Shown: positions 59,586 to 64,000 of the stretch, piece after piece
Numbering within the stretch: the stretch's first letter is position 1
Layout: every line of letters begins with the position of its first letter
NCBI GenBank assembly: GCA_019637585.1
Contig: JAHBVL010000009.1
Coordinates: 1,222 to 65,221 of the forward strand
Origin: Thermomicrobiales bacterium
GTDB lineage: Bacteria > Chloroflexota > Chloroflexia > Thermomicrobiales > UBA6265
Direction: 5' to 3'
Length of the DNA stretch: 64,000 nucleotides
The notes under the pieces: generated by a model
Database searches by the model: none
Seen by the model: the letters and a program-made list of their open reading frames with translations, nothing else
What the model was told of the DNA's origin: nothing
Program-made: the position numbers and the translations under genes

Positions 59586-60212
59586 ATGAGCAGTCATCAG
59601 ATTTCGATTGGCGCCGATGTTCGCACATCCGATGGTGAATCGATCGGCAAGGTGACGAGACTGGTGGTCACGCCGGACGATCACAAGCTGACCGGATTCG
59701 TCGCGGACCGGGGAATCATGGATAGCGGCCGTGTCGTCGATCTGACCGAAGTGGCGACGGCGAGCGAGCATCTCATCACGCTCACGATCTCCAGTGCCGA
59801 CGCCGAGGACCTGGCCGGTTTCGCCGAACACTCGTTTATCAATGTCACCGGCTCGCAGGATTCCTGGATCAAGCTGGGGCCGTCCACGGGAGATGTTCCC
59901 GGGACGGGTGGGGGATCGATCTTCCAGACACCGTTGCCGGTCAATGCCGAAATGCGATCGATCGGCGCGCTCGAAGGTTCCGAGGTGGCGCTGGGTCATG
60001 GCACCGACGTCGTCGACAAGATCGGCAAGAAGATCGGCGAAGTCGACGAGGTCCGCATCGGAGAGGACGGCAGCATCGCCGGATTCGTCGTCCGGCAGGG
60101 GCTGGTCTTTCATCACGATGTCTACGTGCCGATTGGGTGGGTGGCCGGCGTCACCCACGAGCATGTGCGCCTTAACGTCCTGAAGGACGAAGTCGAGGCA
60201 TCCAAAGCATAG
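59586..60212 (+). CDS. Tandem PRC-barrel domain protein
   Basis: GADVRTSDGESIGKV and GTDVVDKIGKKIGEV..GFVV..G....DVYVP; AAGGAG RBS. Confidence 0.85.
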   Translation: MSSHQISIGADVRTSDGESIGKVTRLVVTPDDHKLTGFVADRGIMDSGRVVDLTEVATASEHLITLTISSADAEDLAGFAEHSFINVTGSQDSWIKLGPSTGDVPGTGGGSIFQTPLPVNAEMRSIGALEGSEVALGHGTDVVDKIGKKIGEVDEVRIGEDGSIAGFVVRQGLVFHHDVYVPIGWVAGVTHEHVRLNVLKDEVEASKA

Positions 60213-60236
60213 GCGTGTATCCACGCCGCGATCGGT

Positions 60237-60361
60237 GTCGCGGCAACGCAGGCGTTGCCCCGGCGGCGTGGACGGGCGAGGCAGGCCTCGCCGCTACACA
60301 TGCCGCGATCGGCGCAACGGCCAACGCCGCCGTAGATGTAGCGGCAACGCCTGCGTTGCCC
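60237..60361. repeat. REP family A cluster (3 copies)
   Basis: GTCGCGGCAACGCAGGCGTTGCCC, GGGCGAGGCAGGCCTCGCCGCTAC, GTAGCGGCAACGCCTGCGTTGCCC. Confidence 0.85.
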
Positions 60362-60398
60362 AATCGTCGCCGGCAGACCGACAGGAGATGAGGAAACC

Positions 60399-61760
60399 GT
60401 GACACGAACAGGACTCTCGACCGAACAGCTCGTTCAGACAGCGATGGATCACTGCATCTTTCCGCTGGCTCAGATGGAGGAGGTTCGGGCGAAGGGGCCG
60501 ACGATCTTCGTCGAAGCCGAAGGAGCGCACGTGACCGATGTGCGAGGGCGGACCTATCTCGACATGATGGGCACGCATACCCGGGCGAATTCACTGGGAT
60601 ACGGAAACCAGGAGATCGCCCAGGCCATCTACGAACAGCTCGCGACGCTCCACTATGTCGGTACCGCGGACAATCTCTCCGAACCGGTGATCGAGCTGTC
60701 GGCGAAGATCGCGTCGCTGGCGCCGGGTGATCTCTCCCGGGTGACCTATGTCAGTGGTGGGTCGGAAGCGGTGGAAACCGCGATCAAGATCGCCAGGCAA
60801 TATCACCTCAACGCTGGCCGCAAACCGCGCGCATACAAGATCATTTCGCGCTGGAATGCCTATCACGGCGCCACGATGGGCGCGCTTGCCGCCACCGACT
60901 GGCTCGGCACCCGGCATGTTTCCGAACCAGGGATGACGGGCTATTCCTTCATTCCCGCGCCGACGCACTATCGCAATCCATTCGGGATGGATGACGCCAC
61001 GTATGAGGCATTCTGCGCCGACTATCTGGAGCAGCAGATTCTGCACGAGGGGCCGGAGTTGGTGGCCGCGTTCATCGCCGAGCCGATCATGCAGCAGCAT
61101 GGCGTCCAGATGCCCTCGCCGTCGTATTTCAAACGGGTTCGGGAGATTTGCACGAAGTACGACGTGCTGCTCATCGCCGATGAGGTGATTACCGGGTTCG
61201 GGCGGACTGGCGCCTGGTTTGCGTCCTATCACCTCGATCTCGAACCAGACATCATGACCATGGCCAAAGCGTTGACCGCCGGCTATATGCCGATGGGCGG
61301 GGTGATCACGACTGCGGCAATTGCCGACGCCATGCCGGTCTTCCGCCACGTCCATACCTTCAGTGGACATGCGGCGGCCGCAGCGGCGGCATTGACGGTC
61401 ATCGGCATCAAAGAGCGGGATGGGCTGGTCGACAAAGCCAAGCGGGACGGGGAGTACCTGCATGCCGCGCTGCGGGAAGTGCTGATCGACAAGCCGATCG
61501 TCGGCGATGTGCGTGGCATCGGCATGTGGCACGCCGTCGACTTCACGGGGGACAAGGAGTCAAGGGAGCGATTGCCAGTCGATCGGACGAAAGCCATCGT
61601 CGCCAAGATGCGGGAGAAGGGCGTCATCGTTTCGGCTATCGGAACGACCGCGTTCGAAATGGCTCCGCCCCTGATCTGCACGCGGCCCGATTTCGACCGG
61701 ACGGTTCAGGTCGCGGCCGAAGCAATCGACGAAGTTGCTGCCGAGATGGGACTGGCATAG
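60399..61760 (+). CDS. Class III (omega-amino acid) aminotransferase
   Basis: GGSEAVETAIK, AYHGAT, FIAEP, LIADEVITGFGRTG, PDIMTMAKALTAGYMP, HTFSGH. Confidence 0.92.
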   Translation: MTRTGLSTEQLVQTAMDHCIFPLAQMEEVRAKGPTIFVEAEGAHVTDVRGRTYLDMMGTHTRANSLGYGNQEIAQAIYEQLATLHYVGTADNLSEPVIELSAKIASLAPGDLSRVTYVSGGSEAVETAIKIARQYHLNAGRKPRAYKIISRWNAYHGATMGALAATDWLGTRHVSEPGMTGYSFIPAPTHYRNPFGMDDATYEAFCADYLEQQILHEGPELVAAFIAEPIMQQHGVQMPSPSYFKRVREICTKYDVLLIADEVITGFGRTGAWFASYHLDLEPDIMTMAKALTAGYMPMGGVITTAAIADAMPVFRHVHTFSGHAAAAAAALTVIGIKERDGLVDKAKRDGEYLHAALREVLIDKPIVGDVRGIGMWHAVDFTGDKESRERLPVDRTKAIVAKMREKGVIVSAIGTTAFEMAPPLICTRPDFDRTVQVAAEAIDEVAAEMGLA

Positions 61761-61769
61761 CGCGACAGC

Positions 61770-61876
61770 GTCATTCCGAGCGGGGCCGAGGAATCTCTCC
61801 GTGATCGCACGCGTGATTGTCCAGCACAACCAGCGCGGTGGTCGACGAGAGATGTCTCCGCTTCGGTCGACATGAC
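61770..61876. repeat. Family F short palindromic elements (GTCATTCCGAGC..GAGGAATCTC / GAGATGTCTCCGCTTCGGTCGACATGAC)
   Basis: Two related elements with GTCAT/ATGAC ends between convergent genes. Confidence 0.6.
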
Positions 61877-61880
61877 GCGG

Positions 61881-64000
61881 TCACAACTCCTCGGGAAGCG
61901 AGACACCGGTCAGCTGCTCCAGCTGGCTGATGCCTTCCGCAGTCTCCCGAACGCGCCAGACTTCGTCCACGGCGGCGCTGGTTTGCACGTCTTCGACGTG
62001 GCTGATGACGAAGAGCTGCTTGAATACGCCTGACTCCGCGATCAGTTTCTGCAGGGTCTCCATCAGGTTTTCGCGGCGCACCCTGTCCAGAGAACCGAAG
62101 ACTTCGTCGAGCACGACAAACTGGGGCGGCGTGGCCGACTGCCCACCGATGAACTGGGAAAGCGCCAGCCGGGCGCAAAGCGCGATGACATCCCTTTCGC
62201 CTCCCGAGAACTGGCTCAGTGGGAAGGAATCGTCCTCGCCATCGAAGACCTCGATGCCGAAGTCTTCGGTGAATTCGATCCGGTCGTACTTGCCTTCGGT
62301 GACCGACGCCACCAACTGACTGGTGATCTCGGCGATGGCCGGCGTCACCGTCCGGGCGACGTATTGCTCGAACCGGGAGAACTCCCGGTACATCCGGTCG
62401 AATTCGTCGGCAAGACGCTGGGAGTCGATCGACGCCGACAGCAACCGCTGCAATCGCTTCTCTTCCTGCTCGATGCTCGCCAGAGAGTTTTCCGCCCGGG
62501 CCAGCTCCCGCTCCGCCTGGTTGAGCTCAGCCAGCCCCGATTCATAGCTCGATTGCAGCAACCGTTGCTCGGCGCGAGCCGCCGCCAGCGCATCCGGCTG
62601 GAAGGCCAGCACTTCGATCGCCGCGCGAACGGTCACGATCTGTGCCTCGGTCGACCGAGACTGATTTTCGGCGGTCGCCAGCGACGCCTCGATCGTCTCC
62701 CGTGACGCAACCGTTTTTAGCAGGACATCGATCTTGGCCACCGCATCGCTGGCGATCCGCCACTCGCCGATATCCATCTGGTGCCGTGACTGGTCGTAGT
62801 CGAACGGCCCGATCGACGCCAGATCCCGCTCGACCTGGGTGTGATCTGCCTGGTTGGTTTCGTAGTCGCGTTTCAGCTGGCGAAGGAGCGGCGCTTCCTG
62901 TTCGCGGTCTCTTGCGGTCTGGAGCGACGCTCGAGCCGCGGCGATATCACCCTCGCTCGGCGCTTCAGCGCGATCGAGCGCCGCCAGCAGCTCCTCGAAT
63001 TGGGCTCGGGTTCGTTCGAGCTGCGCTTTCGCTTCGGCAATTGGTTCCTCGCTGCTGGCCAGGCGGGAGCGCTGCCGTTCCAGCTCGGCCAGACGCGACC
63101 GCGCTTGATCGATGCGAGCTGCGCTTTCGGCGACCCGCTTTTCGGCTTCGGCGGCTCGTGCGTTCAGCTCCCCTATCTGCAGGTCGAGGCTTTCGACCTG
63201 CGACTGCAGCGCGGCGACATCCCGCTCCAGGTCTTCAGCGAGATAGGGGCGACCGCAGGTTGGGCATGGTTCGTCGAATCGCCCGCTCTCCAGCCGTGCT
63301 CGCAACCCTTCGAGCGTCGCGCGTTGTGTGGTCAGCGTTCCGACAGTGGCCATTGCCGCTGTGCGGTCGCTCGCTGCGGCATTCCGGTCCTGCTCGGCCT
63401 GATTCAGCGATTCCTGGGGGGGGTCCGCGCTGATGGCCGCGATCGCGGCCGCAATGCCGGCGACTTCGTTGTCATAGCGAGCAGCGCGACTCTGCTGCTC
63501 GTCGAGGGAGCGGGCCAGGGCGGAACACCGTTCGAGCTGGCTCAGCCTCTCCTGCAATGCCGATGATTGAATGGCTGAGGCTGCTTCGATCAACTGGTCG
63601 ATACCGGCGGCGATCTGGTCAGCCGCCAGGTCGCCGATCGCTCGCCTCGGCTCTGGTTCGAGGCGAGCCGCAACCGTGTCGATCGTTCCGAAGATCGACT
63701 GGGCCGACTGATCGAGCGCCAGGAGCCTCCGTTTCAGTTCTCCGGCCCGTTCGGTGAGGGTGCGTTGATGCTCGTGCTCGGCCACCGCTGCCGCCAACGA
63801 CTCGGCGCGCGCCGCGAGAGGCTGCAGTTCGTCGATCTGCTTGTCCGCCAGGTCGATCTCGATGACCGTTTTGCGATTTCCTTCGATTTCGACCGCAGTC
63901 CGGGCAAGCCTTCCGGTCAGCTCGGTTTCTTCCAGACGGAGGGCATTGAACCGGTTCGCCCGCTCTTCTTCCGATTGCGCAACCGTTCTGGCAGCTTCGA
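61881..64000 (-). CDS. sbcC: SbcC/Rad50 SMC-family ATPase, C-terminal part (5' end outside the window)
   Basis: Coiled coil, zinc hook CPTCG, signature FSGGE, Walker B VVLDEVFGSLD, VISH. Confidence 0.9.
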   Translation of the reverse strand, partial: EAARTVAQSEEERANRFNALRLEETELTGRLARTAVEIEGNRKTVIEIDLADKQIDELQPLAARAESLAAAVAEHEHQRTLTERAGELKRRLLALDQSAQSIFGTIDTVAARLEPEPRRAIGDLAADQIAAGIDQLIEAASAIQSSALQERLSQLERCSALARSLDEQQSRAARYDNEVAGIAAAIAAISADPPQESLNQAEQDRNAAASDRTAAMATVGTLTTQRATLEGLRARLESGRFDEPCPTCGRPYLAEDLERDVAALQSQVESLDLQIGELNARAAEAEKRVAESAARIDQARSRLAELERQRSRLASSEEPIAEAKAQLERTRAQFEELLAALDRAEAPSEGDIAAARASLQTARDREQEAPLLRQLKRDYETNQADHTQVERDLASIGPFDYDQSRHQMDIGEWRIASDAVAKIDVLLKTVASRETIEASLATAENQSRSTEAQIVTVRAAIEVLAFQPDALAAARAEQRLLQSSYESGLAELNQAERELARAENSLASIEQEEKRLQRLLSASIDSQRLADEFDRMYREFSRFEQYVARTVTPAIAEITSQLVASVTEGKYDRIEFTEDFGIEVFDGEDDSFPLSQFSGGERDVIALCARLALSQFIGGQSATPPQFVVLDEVFGSLDRVRRENLMETLQKLIAESGVFKQLFVISHVEDVQTSAAVDEVWRVRETAEGISQLEQLTGVSLPEEL

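Overview
GC-rich, gene-dense chromosomal window with no rRNA, tRNA, CRISPR array, prophage or intact transposase that I can see. The gene style (YFPxTxH-repeat L,D-transpeptidase, MDxxRFD-leader Cys-rich protein, SH3/Thr-rich surface protein) suggests Thermomicrobiales-like Chloroflexota; this is an inference. Housekeeping genes include ppc, tsaE-tsaB-rimI-tsaD, thiL, dapA-dapB, guaB, parA, pyrF, purN, a ferredoxin and a partial sbcC. The window also has an Fe(III) ABC transporter, a peptide-type ABC transporter with an amidohydrolase and a divergent deacetylase-like gene, a hydroxypyruvate/tartronate-semialdehyde cluster, a copper amine oxidase, a Ski2/HelY helicase and an MNT-HEPN toxin-antitoxin pair. 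Four signals stand out. (1) A complete transcriptional T-box with an AAG (Lys) specifier sits upstream of dapA-dapB and is followed by a 19-codon ORF. (2) A perfect 11-5-11 palindrome of Rrf2 (IscR/RirA) type lies in front of the iron uptake operon. (3) Intergenic spaces carry at least six palindromic REP-like families plus 7-bp tandem arrays, recurring in the fixed order stop codon -> variable heptamer array -> constant palindrome. (4) A Tat-type secreted protein has about 94 Cys. Product calls come from motif recognition only; no searches were run.
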